Positions 23,951-36,869 of a DNA stretch of 64,000 nucleotides are shown in pieces. A model generated the notes under the pieces. The model searched no databases, was not told the origin of the DNA, and worked only from the letters and a program-made list of their open reading frames with translations. The DNA lies in NCBI GenBank assembly GCA_008632985.1, contig QPGO01000137.1, positions 62,001 through 126,000 on the forward strand, written 5' to 3'. Each line of letters starts with the position of its first letter. Position 1 is the first letter of the stretch. Source of the stretch: Psammoneis japonica (Eukaryota). A program made the translations under genes and the position numbers.

Positions 23951-24414
23951 TTTTTTGCACTGTGCGTGTATGATAGCCCCCGTGAAGATTTTCGTCTGTT
24001 TTTTGTCCGTTCGTGCCCACAGGGGCACGAAAGGAGGCTACGTAGGACTGTACCAGCAAATCCTGTAGATGCACGTTTCCATGCCAACAAGATTCATGAA
24101 CCTCTCAAACGAAAAGAGACAATGGCGTCGTTCTGGATCAACGCCGTAGTTGCTACGTCTGAAACCGCAGCGCGCCGCTTTTCTGCTCGTAGACTTGTAC
24201 GCTGTCCTGGTACAAAGGTCATTGTATGCATAGAGTCTACGATGAGGTCATGCTGAAGGAAGAATTCTCGAATTTGAATTCTCAGCAATCAACCGAGTTT
24301 GTGCACTTTCTATTTTTTTATGCTGCCAACCAAGTCTTACAATCACACATCCCTGATTCTACCTGCATAAGACGACACTGAGATTTCAGTCCATACATAA
24401 GTTCACTTGCACCA

Positions 24415-24790
24415 ATGGATGAATCGGCGTTGTACTCGGTGACGACGTCCGAATCAGATTGGGTGGAGCATTTCAATCCAACAGAGGACTTGAATTTTTG
24501 CGACGAGGATCTCCACTTGATTGAGGACAGCTTGATGGATAAGTATGATAGAACCGAGCAGTCAAAGGACCGTCCAAAATGGAAAGTGGACAATGATGGG
24601 AAAGATGTTAAGATTGCCTTTAGCCAAGCTCCCCAAAAGGTGTGGGAGACGGCCAAAGCCGATGAGTGAGTCAGTCAGCAGGACGTACCACGCACGAGCC
24701 GTTGTTCCGAACAAAGTCTGCCAGTCATTGCGTTTGCCAGTTTGGGTGAACTTCCGCGACGTCTTTCGCAGGGCACTGGAACAACTGAAG
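24415..24790 (+). pseudogene. Acidic coding-like fragment of unknown family, truncated at the start of block C
   Basis: 84 aa ORF with protein-like composition and normal TA. It continues out of frame (VWVNFRDVFRRALEQLK) and then merges into TA-free DNA. Confidence 0.3.
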
Positions 24791-27700
24791 GTTGGGACTG
24801 GGAGGCATTTGCCAGTGCAGCAAGCTGAAAGCCTCCTCCTGTCCAAGCTGGATGGCAGTGATTTTTGCACGAGGGCAAGAGATGGTGAAATTGGATGTCT
24901 GCAATTCTGTGGCCAGCGACACACACCATGCATTGGACACACACACACTCATCAAGAAGTGCTGGCACAATCAGGTGCAACCTCATGTCTGCAAATTGAA
25001 TCAAACTGTCTGCACACAAGGTTGAACATTGCAGTGATGGCATCACAACACAATGTGGCATTTGGTGGCTCCTCTGCAACCATGTGGACATCAAATCATT
25101 GTTCTGACAAGCCTGAAAACGACCCAAAAAACGATGTGGCTGGCTGATGTCACTGTTGTGTTCACAGGTGTGGTGTCAGCGATCACATGACATGTTTTTC
25201 TTCAGAAAACCGCATGGAGTTGCCTTCATCTTGCTGTCTGTTGGCGGCAATCTCATTGTTTTTTGTCATTTTCTCTTTCATGGATGCATCATGACAGCTC
25301 CTCAGCACAATTTTTTTGTCAAAAATTGATGGAAGTTTGTCATTGATTGTTGGTTGTCAATGCAGTTTGACACTCTGATGGTGTGTGCCATCAGGCAGGG
25401 TTGATGATGAGTCCCCATTTGCTCACCATGAGTGTCTGCTCCAGGGACATTTGTGCATCTGCAGGAGGCTGCAACAGTTGTGAAAATTTGACATTGGTGA
25501 CCAAATGACACGCCAATGGAAAGATTCAAAAATTGGATTGAACATTCCCTGAAGCTCCAGATGAATTGATGGACAATGATTGGGGTGACCCTGCAGAGTC
25601 CATGGAACCAGACTTGACTCAATGGGAGGCAGATGAGTGCACCCCGGAGAGGCTGGAAAAGTGCCTCGCTGCACAAGTCATGCCACCACATGGTGTTGAA
25701 TTGACTCATGCCGGTGCCATTGCTTGCAAGCATGACAGCAACAGCATCCCTGCAGGTGCAAGGAACTGCAACCCTGTCTTGGACTCCAGGACACATGATG
25801 TGGAATTCCCTGATGGATCCATGGACTGCCACACCACTTGCGCAATTGCAGAGAATCTGTTCTCTCAGAAAGATTCTGAGGGCAATGGTGGTTGCACACC
25901 AGACATTGAAAGAGACAAGCAATTGCCAAAGTGATGCTCATGCTGCAAAAGCTCATGACAGTTGCAGCACAACTGAGGCTGATTGACAAACACTGCCAAA
26001 GATGATGGCTGCACGCTGGGTCAGCAAGTTGAGTGGAAGGGCCGGACAACATGTTGAGGCAGCTGAGTGCACTGTGGAAAAACAAGGCAGCCAGTGAACC
26101 AGCCTTTCACTGGTGGGTCTGCGATGTCTTACATTGAGGGACCAGCATCTTGAAAAAAGTCAAGTTGCATTGCTGGAAATGTGTGCACAAGTTTGACATT
26201 AAACTCTTGAAGTCTGTCAAGCAAGCCTTGGGTGCAGACAATGACAGAACAAGGGCTGACTTTTGGTTCAAAGCCATCAAAAAGGAATTGCAGAATGCCA
26301 TCCCCACATTCAAGTTTCATGATTTGAAGATGCTGCACAAGCTGGCTGCAAGCACATTGGCTGTCACATGGTTTTCAACATCAAAAGCACTCTCCAACAC
26401 AAAGCAAGATTCATGGCTGGGGGGCACCAGACTGAATCCACTGAAGGAACTGACTCATTGTAGTGTGGTGTCATGTGCAACAGCATGAGGATGGCCTTTG
26501 CCATCATGGCTCTCATTGGCCTGAATGTTCTTGAGCACCATTGCACAGAATGCCTGTCTGAACGCACACACACTGAGGAAAAGTGTTGTGCTGCTGCTGG
26601 GCTGGAATTTGGTGTGCGGAATGAAAAACATCTGGCCATCATTGTCTGAGCCTTGTGCCAACTTAACTCATCAGGTGTGAAATTCCAAGAACACCACATG
26701 GTGGCGACTTTGCATGACACTGGATTTGAGTCATGCAAAGCTCTGGATGATGCTTGCAGTGAAGCTGGATGGCTTCAAGTGCTGGGAACATGCACTTGTC
26801 TGTGTGTGAACAGTTTGCTGTGTGTCTCCCATGAACCTCCAAAAGTCATGGACTGTGTGAGCTCTGGGTGCACATTGAAGGATGGAAGTGTCTGCAAACC
26901 AGAAGAGCACCTGGGTGCACAGATCAGAAAGTGTCAGCTGTCTGATGCAGAAGGTGAGATGCACTGGAAGGGTGAGATGCACTGGGCCATGTCCTCTGAC
27001 TGGCACATCAAAAAGGCATTGGCTGATGTTGAAGCAGAATTTAAGAAAACTGAAAGGCACCACCCGATGAAGGTGTTGATGCCCTTGAGCTCAGGACATG
27101 CTGGGCCTGCTTGCAGCAAAAGATTGCTGACAAGTGTGGATGACACAGCAAATTTGCACTCACAAATTCTGAGTGGTGTGGCCTTGTGCTCACTTTTTGG
27201 CTTTTGCACCCAGTTGACATGGTGGCAACAGGAGCAACTGTGCTGGTGTGTTTTTGTGGGCCATGCCTGTGAGTCAGGGCTTTGGCAAGACTCAGTGAAT
27301 GCCAGGCAGCTGGCAAGCAGCAAAGTTCCAACGTGGCCACAAGAGCAAAAACTTGCTCTCTCATCTCATCAGTGTGCAGTGCAATTTTGATGAAAGAAAA
27401 GAATGAGCTTGCTGTGGCTCAACATGGTGCTTGTAAATTGTGCAAGCCTGCAGCACACTTGCCCACTGCAGACTTCTTTCACTCTTGTTTCCAAGCCAGG
27501 TGCTTGCTTTTGCGACAATGATTGTGCCACACTGCAAGCCATTGGGAACACACCCTCTGCTGCTGCACTGAAACTCCTGCGGCACATTGAGAATGGTGCG
27601 GCCACTTTTCAAACTCACCACAAGTTGGGGTGGCATGCTGCTGGGTTTGCTTTGAACCTCAGCTTTGCTAGCACAGCTTTTGCAACATCCACAGATTTTT

Positions 27701-28850
27701 GTTTTTCTTTGGCTTGAATGTCAGCCAACAAAAGTCTGTCAGCTGGTCTGCTGCTGCAGCATGGCACCAGCATCCCTGTTGTGGTGCATTGACTTGCACA
27801 GCTCCACTTTGCTGCAGCATCAGCCTTGACACAAAACTTGCATGTCTTTTTGGCACACCAATCAATTTCCAACCAAGCTGTGCCCATGTGCCATGTTTGT
27901 CATGTGCTCACACCTGTGGTTCAATGAAACATGTGCACAACTCTCATGGGCTTTCTTGTCTGCCTCTGTGATGCAAAATGGGCAGCAGTGGCAAAAGAGA
28001 AAAGAGGCCATTTTGGCTTTTTTTTCAAAACCAAGTTCAGCACCGTTGGGGCAGCCCAGAGTGACAGCTTGTTTAGAGCCCACCTTGGTGCTCAGGTTGC
28101 AACTTTTCTCAAAAAACTTTGCAACACTGACCTTCAGAGACCATGGTGCCTCCAACACTTGAAAGGGGAAAATTTGCTGCCTGTCACCTTCACAGCTGGG
28201 GTCTTTTTGCCTCTTGGAGATCAATCTGCAGACTTTGAAGATCCTGCAGGTGAGCTGCATGCCTTTCACTCCCTCTTGCAGTGCTTCACAAAGGCTTGGT
28301 GCAACACACTCTCTGCAGCGTGCTGTCCTTGCAGTGCTCAGACTTGAAGGCTTGCCATTTGTCATCATCATCATCTGGAGCTTTTTGGTGCAAACCCATT
28401 GTCAACTGCCATCACTCATTGGGACAACAACCTGTTGCCCCAGTTTGTCTTGATGGACACCAACTTGCTGAAGCAGAATGGCACCACCTCAGAATTGACG
28501 GGCTCTGGTGAAAACCTCTTCTGCAGAGCTCCTGACAGATGTCCACGGCACTCTGCTCAGAGCAGTGCTCCTTGAGACTTGGGTCTGTGCTTTGTTGGGG
28601 GTGGGGTGGGCAGTCAAGAATGTGCCATGGCCAAGAAAAACAGTTGTCCAACTGCATGCAGTCTCATCGTTTGGGGCACCAGAGATGTTGTCTTTCAGCG
28701 AAACACGTTTTTTTTTTGTTTCAATGACACTTGAAAGCAGTGTGTAAAGATGAGTTGAACTGTTTAGCAGCACTTTGAGTTGCATGCTTTTCAGTTTGAT
28801 GTGTGGGCGCAAAGCTCAGAAGAAAAGAGGATCACGGACAACTGTCATAG
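24700..28850. other. Hypermutated block C
   Basis: Near absence of TA and CG between about 24800 and 28740. Confidence 0.9.
25330..27100 (+). mobile_element. Ty1/copia pol relic (post-integrase region and reverse transcriptase)
   Basis: NPVLDSRTHDVEFPDG...IAENLFSQKDSEG; EPAFHWWV; HKFDIKLLKSV; FWFKAIKKE; CHMVFNIK; KPEEHLGAQI. Confidence 0.85.
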
Positions 28851-28993
28851 TGTGAAAGCAGTGATGAAGTCCGCTAGTTTTGTTTAGAATGCTAGTCTTG
28901 TAACTGTGTCTTGTGTGTGCAATGTTTGATCAAGAGAATCAATCGCAAATGACACCCTTTCCATCAGCATTTGCACATAAAGTAATAATGTAA

Positions 28994-30093
28994 TTAGACG
29001 TCAGCACCCTCGGGTGATGGATTGGATTGTTTTGATTCTGCCACCCACGCCTTCATTTCGTCGTGGGGAATCGGAATGCCCCACACCATTCCTTGAGGAG
29101 TCTTTTCCATTTCTTCCTTGGTACATTTCCGTAGAGCCAACGTGTTTTGAGCAAATTCAATCGAGCAGATATTGCCATCGCCCGGCATGATGGACATGTA
29201 CTCGGAAGCACTAATTTGATGACGATTCAACACGTGCACGAGCTGGATCACCTTGTGCAATGCCGACTTGTCGTTGCGATCCGCCCTGACGCCGTTTCCC
29301 TTGAGAGGATATCCATACACTTTGGCGCCATTCGCCCAATAGTGTGTTTCCAAGTCTTCAATGATGTACATGCCACCCGGCAAGACACTATTGTTCCATA
29401 ACGAAAACAATGTAAACAGTTCGTGCTCTGGAACATGAGACGCATCGTCTAAAATCACATGAAAGGGTCCCTCTTGAGCAATCAGTTGCATGGTTTCCTT
29501 TTTACTTTGATCTCCACGCAGAACCTTAATGTTTTGCAAGGACGCCGCCTTGCTTTCCACGCCCGTCGACGAACTACCGTAGGCAACGCCAAGAATCTGA
29601 GAGGGATTGGTAAAGTAATTGTTCCACAAGTCTAAACTTTTTCCTTTTTCTGCACCAATCTCCACCATTTTCAATCCATCGATACGACGGTACGGTTCAA
29701 ACCATTTTTCATAAAAGCGTTCATAGTGATGACGATGATACTTGTCGCTTTTCTGTATAAAAAGAGCATGAGACAAAAAATGTTCAAGAAAACGACAGCA
29801 TATATATCGTAACGTCGATGCACAGTACGTACACTTTGAATGAGCAATTCTGTAAATGTAGGCAAATCATCTTCATTCTTTTTCTCATCTGGAGTTGAAG
29901 CACCGGTGATGTTGTTGTTATTAGTCGCTGCTGCTGTTGTCAAGTCGCCGTTGCCGCCGTCGTCGAGCTGCTGATTATGAGAGACCGTGGTGGTGGCGAC
30001 GAGAAGTTGTCTATCATGTACAACGGACACAAGCACAAGAGTGATCAAGTTTGTCACCAACACCCAAAACACAGTGCTGCCTTTGATTGCCAT
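28994..30093 (-). CDS. Membrane-anchored class I SAM-dependent methyltransferase (MycE/ElmMI sugar O-methyltransferase-like), 2 exons
   Basis: Exons 30093-29833 and 29752-28994 with a phase 0 GTACGT...CAG intron. N-terminal TM helix; motifs SDK...HHYERFY, MVEIG, GDQS, ILDDASH and GGMYIIEDL. Confidence 0.85.
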
Positions 30094-30199
30094 TCTGATG
30101 TTGTTTCTGGTGAGCTGCTGTTGATATATGCCACTGCTTCCGCTGGCTGCTGGTCTGTGCCGCTGTTGCTGGATCTTTTTAATGCATCGCAGTGTCCGT

Positions 30200-31700
30200 C
30201 ATTGCTGTGTGCTGTGTTGGATGTTGCGCGCAGGCAGACTGCGTGCAGAACGGCGACGACTCGAGTCTGTCCATCGACGGACAGACGTCCAACGCTCATG
30301 CCGCTTGATGCACACGTTGCTGACCGCCGATTGCCGAGGTCTCTCTGTTGCTGTTGTTGCAACAACAACAAGAAGACAGCTTAAAGGACAGAAGACTGGG
30401 TCCACCCTTGGCGCACCTCGCTCCACTCATCCTGCATTCACTGTGGCAGATCAAGGAGGGGCGGCACCTGCTTTCCCTTGTGCAGTGCCACAGCCGCCCA
30501 GGCAACAGCAGCAGCTCCGACCTTGTCAGGCACCACAGCAACAACCACAAGCAGCTGCACAACAACAGCATGTTGCCACCACACCACCACTGCAACTGAC
30601 CCATCAGGTGCTGCTGGCAGCTGCACCACCAGTGCCACAACCGGCATTTTTGGACCTGTGGCGCTGGGGAGGTGTCCAGCCAAGTGCCCCCCCATCACCA
30701 ACTCTTTGCAGGTGCAACCAAAGACCCTTTGGCAGGGCAATGCACTGCAGCACATGCCGCCTGTGCCATTTCCTTGAAGGGAAATGCTGTGCATGCACCC
30801 CAAGAGCTTGCCTCTGTGGTGTGCCTCAAGTGTCGTGTTGGCAGATGAAGCCAGCACACCAGCTGGGCATCCACCAGACGACATGCACAGTTGCTGCTGC
30901 GCTGCACAACATCCCACATCCTTGGCAATGCCACCATCACTGTTTGACAGCAATGCTTCTTGTTTGTGGGGGAAGTCTGCAATGGAAAGGTGCTCCAATC
31001 TGTCTCGTGGCCCGTCGATGCGCGCCACACATCCGGAGCAACTCAGGCACCTTCCCCTCAATGGCTGGACCAGTTGTTGCTGGCTGCTGACCCCAACTTC
31101 AAGACAGTGGGCCCATTTAATCCCAGCAGCCAAAATGCCAAAGTCATGTGAGTGCATTGTGTCATGTTCCTTTTGAGAAATTGTTGCCCTGCCTGGTGCT
31201 TTTTGACTCGGGTCTCTCAACAGGAGGAGTCATTTGAAAATGTCACGTGAGTCACAATTGACATTTTGCACAAAGAAAAATGCAAAATCATGCAGAAATG
31301 CACACAATGTCATGCAAGAGACTGGTTGGAGCTGACAACTTTGTGGGAACTCAATTGAAATGCCATCTGATCAAAGGCATTTTGATTTGCATGGTGAAGA
31401 TCAACACCTTTGACCAGATGACATTTCAATGTTGATTTCCCAAGAAGTTGACATTCAGATGTAGATGGGTGGACAGACTGGCAACAATTGCTCTTGGTGC
31501 TGTTCTGCACAATTTCTGCACAATGACTCTGGGAGCCGCAATGATTCCAGTTGTCACCTTGTCAAGCTTGGGAGTGCACTGGGGGGGGCATGCAAAATGA
31601 AGGAGAGGCAGTGGGGGTGGCATGTCAACCTTTCATTGATTTGCTCTGCTGCATGCTTGTGTGCTCCACTCTGAGGGCAGTGGCGCCTCCTTGGCAGTTT
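30200..31700. other. Hypermutated block D (unclassified relic with Gln/Pro-rich coding remnant)
   Basis: TA and CG are nearly absent; overlapping long stop-poor ORFs on both strands. Confidence 0.8.
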
Positions 31701-32286
31701 TCTGTTTGCCGCTTAAGATCTCTACACGCAGGGCAGTGGCGCCTCCTCAGCAATTTTTCTTTTCGCAGCTGGAAGAATCCATTCGAAACACGAGCGGTGC
31801 GAGTCTTCAATCTCAGTTCAACGAATGCCATTGAGAACCCACTCATACTCCAAATGCACCAGCTCGTTCGTATACGAGACTGCTGTTGCTGCAGCTCAAA
31901 CCTTGTGATTGCACGATATGATGTCAAAGGGGTGCATGTGGTGGAACTGTTCTTGTGGGGAGGAGGCTCTTGTGTTGCAGGTCGCGTCGACGAGAATAAA
32001 TACCGATGCGACAGTCAATACGTACATGATAGAGATGTAACAAATGAGCAGCATACAACCAAGGGTAACCACCACCGGAACTTATCTTTCAGTTAGTTAC
32101 TTGCTTCGGACTGATGTCGCATCCAGACGATCTAAGTTCAAAGAGACACAAACTCGTCGCCTCCTCACAGTGTTACCGTTTTGTGTCGAATTCTAATCTT
32201 TTCCCGCCACCTTTTGTTGTTTGGCAGTCTTGAGTTCTAATTTGTCTTTCTCGTAGGCAAGTCCCGATGAGTGTCCTTTCTCATTC

Positions 32287-33471
32287 TCAACAAGAGCCAT
32301 ATATTATTGAATAATACCTTCGCATTCGATCTAAAGTCAAGAACGATTCCTCTGCGCGCATTTGTTTCAAATGGAAACTAATGCTAGTCACAGACACTCC
32401 GTCCAGACCGTCTTGCGGGTCCATGCCATGATGTTCCTTCAGCTTGGATTGCAAAATGTTGTGCGGGCTCTTTTCAAAGCTCCACGTTGATTGATACAGT
32501 GCATCCTGCGCATGATACCGAAACGCAGGATCTGATGTGTCTTGGCATTGGATGTTCTTTTGATAGAAACAAATGGCCATGGCATAATCTTCGCCGGGCG
32601 AGGTGAAATTGTGTCGGCATGTGGGCAAGAGTTCCTTGACAAACAACGAGAGCGCGGCTCGGTTCAATGTGTAACCAGAGCCACCACCACAATACGTCTT
32701 TCGAGGTCTTCCAAGGAGGCCAGCAATGGGGCCACCCATGTAGATTGGCTGTGTGTCATCGAGTGTTTCACTGTAGCTCTTCAGGTTTTCAGGAATCACA
32801 AACATGTCATCTCCACCAATGTGAAAATAGTCATAGTCGTCCAGATAGTGGTCGTGTGCATAAGCCCACATACTTCGAACCTTTTGCCACATGTTGATGT
32901 ATGCTTCTGGGCCCAAATGGGTCAAATCGACAGCTCCGACCTGTGGGTCCGTTGCATTGGATGCCGCCATAAAGCCGTCACACCTCTGACCCCATGTTTC
33001 CCGAATGGCTTGCAAAAACTCGTGTCGATTCGAATGTGTGTACACCATGCAGAGCAATTTCTTTCCAGACTCGTTTCTCGGAGACACTACAATTTTCTTG
33101 AGCGCCTTGTAAGCATCCATGCTCCCCTCTGTACCCAACCCTGGGCTCTGTCGACACTTGGGAACCGTGTCTACTGGATGGAAATGAAAGAAAGTTTCAT
33201 CATGAATGTATCCAAGCTTGCCTCGTTCATCTCTGGCACCACCATGAGGATGAGCCTCTGTGGGTGGCTCTTCGAGAGAGTAGACTTGTTGACTCGCTGC
33301 TTCCAGAAATATCACCAGCACCACCACGGAACTAAAGACCATGACAAACGAAGCGACGCATTTCCAAACAACGCGATGAAGAGACCCGGGCTTGCCTCTT
33401 CTTTTGGAAGATGTCGGATTTACACTCGAGTTGACGGGTCGTTGCAGTCGACGACGGCGCGGACTGATCAT
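32287..33471 (-). CDS. GT31 glycoprotein-N-acetylgalactosamine 3-beta-galactosyltransferase-like (C1GALT1-like) type II membrane protein, intact
   Basis: Basic tail plus TM helix; LLCMVYT, ETWGQRCDGF, NMWQKVR, DYDYFHIGGDDMFVIPENL, YCGGGSGYTL, GED and ISFH motifs. Single open frame from ATG 33471. Confidence 0.9.
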   Translation of the reverse strand: MISPRRRRLQRPVNSSVNPTSSKRRGKPGSLHRVVWKCVASFVMVFSSVVVLVIFLEAASQQVYSLEEPPTEAHPHGGARDERGKLGYIHDETFFHFHPVDTVPKCRQSPGLGTEGSMDAYKALKKIVVSPRNESGKKLLCMVYTHSNRHEFLQAIRETWGQRCDGFMAASNATDPQVGAVDLTHLGPEAYINMWQKVRSMWAYAHDHYLDDYDYFHIGGDDMFVIPENLKSYSETLDDTQPIYMGGPIAGLLGRPRKTYCGGGSGYTLNRAALSLFVKELLPTCRHNFTSPGEDYAMAICFYQKNIQCQDTSDPAFRYHAQDALYQSTWSFEKSPHNILQSKLKEHHGMDPQDGLDGVSVTSISFHLKQMRAEESFLTLDRMRRYYSIIYGSC

Positions 33472-33630
33472 GGCTGGATGGTGTAACGATGACAGAAGAC
33501 TCAGAACACCACAACGCACGACAATACAGTACAACAGCGTCGTCTTCGTTTTGGTGCAGAGATCACATACAGTACCTAGGCTTTATTTATCTAGCTAGTA
33601 GTGCTGTCTGTCTACTGCGTCCGTTGACTA

Positions 33631-34140
33631 TGAGGCTACGACTAGCATAAACGTACCTGCCTGTTATACCGGTCAGACATTTTGTATTGGATTTTATGTA
33701 CCCCTTTATTTAACGATAACGGTTGATGCAAAAACAAATAGCAGTTTTTACATGTGTTACATATACAAATGGCTCACAAAAGTCCATACTTTTCAACTAT
33801 TTAGATGATTTTGTAGATTTTACACATTCAACCGTCGATACTCCTTTTGTCAACTCCGTCTTTGAATACTACTTCATATTATATGCTCGAATGTTTGATT
33901 AAATGGCGTGGCGGGCGTGGGCATGACCTTCATTTGAATTCGTACTTATAAAGAGACATTCTATATATTGCATCAGCATTTTGTTCGTTAAGTGCGTAGA
34001 ACAGTACAAATCTTACACAAAAAGTCATATGCAGTCATTCAACATTGTTTTATTTTATGTACGTCATTAATAAATTATACTAATGTTTTTTATTTGTCAA
34101 TTATTATATCATATTGCATTTTATGCTAGTCGTAGCCCCA
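33631..34140. mobile_element. AT-rich MITE with about 21 bp TIRs and TA target duplication (Tc1/mariner-type), not hypermutated
   Basis: TA|TGAGGCTACGACTAGCATAAA ... TTTATGCTAGTCGTAGCCCCA|TA, one mismatch. Confidence 0.85.
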
Positions 34141-36869
34141 TAGGGCCTAAAAACGGATAACTTGAACTCTGCATTTGACATTCGAAACCAGGCAGGCCTG
34201 GAACACTCGGGCATTTTGTCCATTGTTCAGACAAACGAACACAATCCAAATGGGGGGCAATAGGAATCTTTTGAAAATGACCCGTGACGTAGAGAGCATA
34301 AAATAATTAGAGACGCCTGTAGAATCTACACGTTTTTGTACTGAAACTGTTATGTTCACACAATTTGTGCAAGCATTTTTGCAAATGTGTTGAAGAAAAA
34401 TACACCTGATCAGAAAACAGTCAAATCCATTATTTTTCGCAAAGTTAAAATTCACTAAGGACAGACAGACAGACTTGTCTTGGCACTGTCCAACACAATT
34501 TCTACGCAATGACTCTGCAGCGCGAAAGATTGCCGTTGTCGTGCCTCAGTTTTTAGCTCGCATTTTGCAAAAAAAGGCTCATGTTCTAAAACCATCATCT
34601 TGAGCATGCCACGCGACACACGATGTGAGCACTCATGCATGCCATAAAAACGCGTCATCTGTGCGATGCCAAGTCCACACAAGAAGAAATTCTGGCTGCC
34701 GTCAGCCCTGGTTGAATCAGGCGTGGATGGCCATGTGTCTGCAGACGACTTCAGTCATGTGCTTGGTGACATGTGTCGAGATGGGTTGTCAGCTTGTGTG
34801 CCTTGGAAGAAACATCTTTGCTGTTGATTTGATGCCTTGACCTCGGAGGCTCCAAAAGATCAGAGTCTCACAAATCGACGCCTCCTTCGAACACGGAGTT
34901 CATGTCAGCCAGTGACGATGGTGCAGGTGCAGTTGAGAAAATTGCTGCAGAGCTTGTTGCCATCAGCAAGGAAGGCAACAAGAAAAAAAGGTGCATCAAA
35001 AAACAGGCTGCCAGCTGATTTTGAAAAGTTGATGCCGGGTGGAATGAGAGCATTGGAAACCACAGTCGGCTCATGCTGCAAACAAGCACTGGCAGTGCAC
35101 AAGTGGTTTTTCTAAAAACTTTTGGATCTCGGTGCATGGCTGCCCTGGAGCGTTTGGCTGCACAAAAACAAGCACCGGCTCAATGCTTGTCAACATGCAT
35201 CGACTGTTCTCAAAAATGCAGTCTTCCGCCATGAGACCATTGCATCATGTCGATCATTTGACACCTGGAGAAGATGATTTTGAAGCAAGTCAGATGGCGG
35301 CAACCCTCCATTGCACTCACCTGGCTTGTCCAAAGTCACCATGGTTGCCATGTTGCAAGTGCGGCAAACATTGTTTTTGGCAGAAAATCGCGAGCCACAT
35401 TGTCCAAAATTGAGCTAAAAAAGTAGAGACCGACCACCTCAAATGCAATCACCAAATCAAAATGTCTTCAAATCACTAAACAGCAGTGCAAAAATGTGCA
35501 ATTTGGATGTTGCAATCAAAGGAAAATGACCAATCCACACGCAAGTTGGTGACCAGAAGAACATTGTTTTTTAGCAAAAGTTGGACATTTTCCATTTGAC
35601 ATGCTGTTCGCCAACCCTTCAAACAAAAATGTCCCAAAGACAGCTGTGGACGAGTGAGGACATCTGAGGACAAATGAGGACAACTGAGGACAAGAAGTGA
35701 GGACAACAACTGAGGACAATTGAGGACAAACGTGGAGACAAAATCGCATGAGGACAAAAATGAGGACAAAAATGAGGACAAAAGCGCACTGAATCCTGTG
35801 CATGTCTGACCGTTTCACAGTGCAGTGCAGCAGGCAACTCCCGCAGCAGTGTTTTGTGCACTGCACCACAGATGCCAATCACCAACCAATCTGCTGCACC
35901 AATGGACGTGGGTGCATCGAGCACCAGCCAAGCCAACAAATGGCTTTTCCATGCTTGAGCTCATTGCGCTTAGGATCTGCAATGGATGCAGTGCTTCAAG
36001 TGCGGCAGCTGACAATGAATCATCTTTCCATGAAAAGGTCAGCTGGGCTGTTCATTGCATGATGTCTGTGCTGCAGTGGAAAAATGTCGACAAACAATGG
36101 TTGATTTGTTGTCAAAATGACTGTGACCATCAACCATCGTCCCAATTGCTGGTCAACCCACACACACAATGCGGGCGTCATGTGCATCAAGCAATCGACC
36201 CATCAGCCATTGACTGCACGCATGTGTCACATCTCTCATGTCACGCAAATTTGTGTTGTGTCAATGACAGATGCCAGATGAAAATTTGAACCCAATGCTT
36301 GGTTCAAACCCAATGCTTGGTTTGAACTCAATGCTTGTTTTCAACTCAACGGTCTGATGTCCTCCCACACGTGACAGCATCACAAAAAAAAAGTTCACCA
36401 ACCACCATGGCAGAACCCCCCGCATTGTAAGTTTCCTCACCAATGCACAGATGATGCTCACTTTCATTTTGACACATGTGACAACCCATTCTCTCACCAC
36501 TCTTTCACAGGCTGATGCAGGCAAAATGTTGGCTGGGCATTGTTTGCAATGTTGCACTGACAGGAAGCACCATCGCTCTGGCAGTCATGGCAGGAAGCAC
36601 AAACGGCATTGCAAGGGGTGTGCCAAGTCTGCTCTGCCTTCTGTGCACCCATTCTCTCTGTCTTCATGGTCAGACAAGATCAAGGTTGGGTGGCGTTTCC
36701 TCGTGGGTGCAGCTGTTTTGGCTGTTGAAACTCCGCTGTTGGCATTGAGTCCTCAACCTCAACCTGGATTGGACAGGGTTGGTGGGCTGCTTGTCTCCCC
36801 TGCTCCCCCCACAGTGGTTTCCACTGTTGATGCTGCTGCCTTGCACATCCCAGCCACCTCTTCAGCAAT

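Noticed and set aside
18195..28850. Classical RIP or CpG deamination alone
   Set aside because: RIP creates TpA and AT-rich DNA, and CpG decay cannot remove TpA.
31750..32096. Small gene downstream of the GT31 gene
   Set aside because: The minus-strand TM-like fragment is interrupted by stops, and I could not build a credible gene model.
35650..35785. TGAGGACAA tandem repeats as a CRISPR array or satellite
   Set aside because: Units are about 10 bp with no unique spacers and are mirrored at 43100-43190, so they are subterminal TIR repeats.
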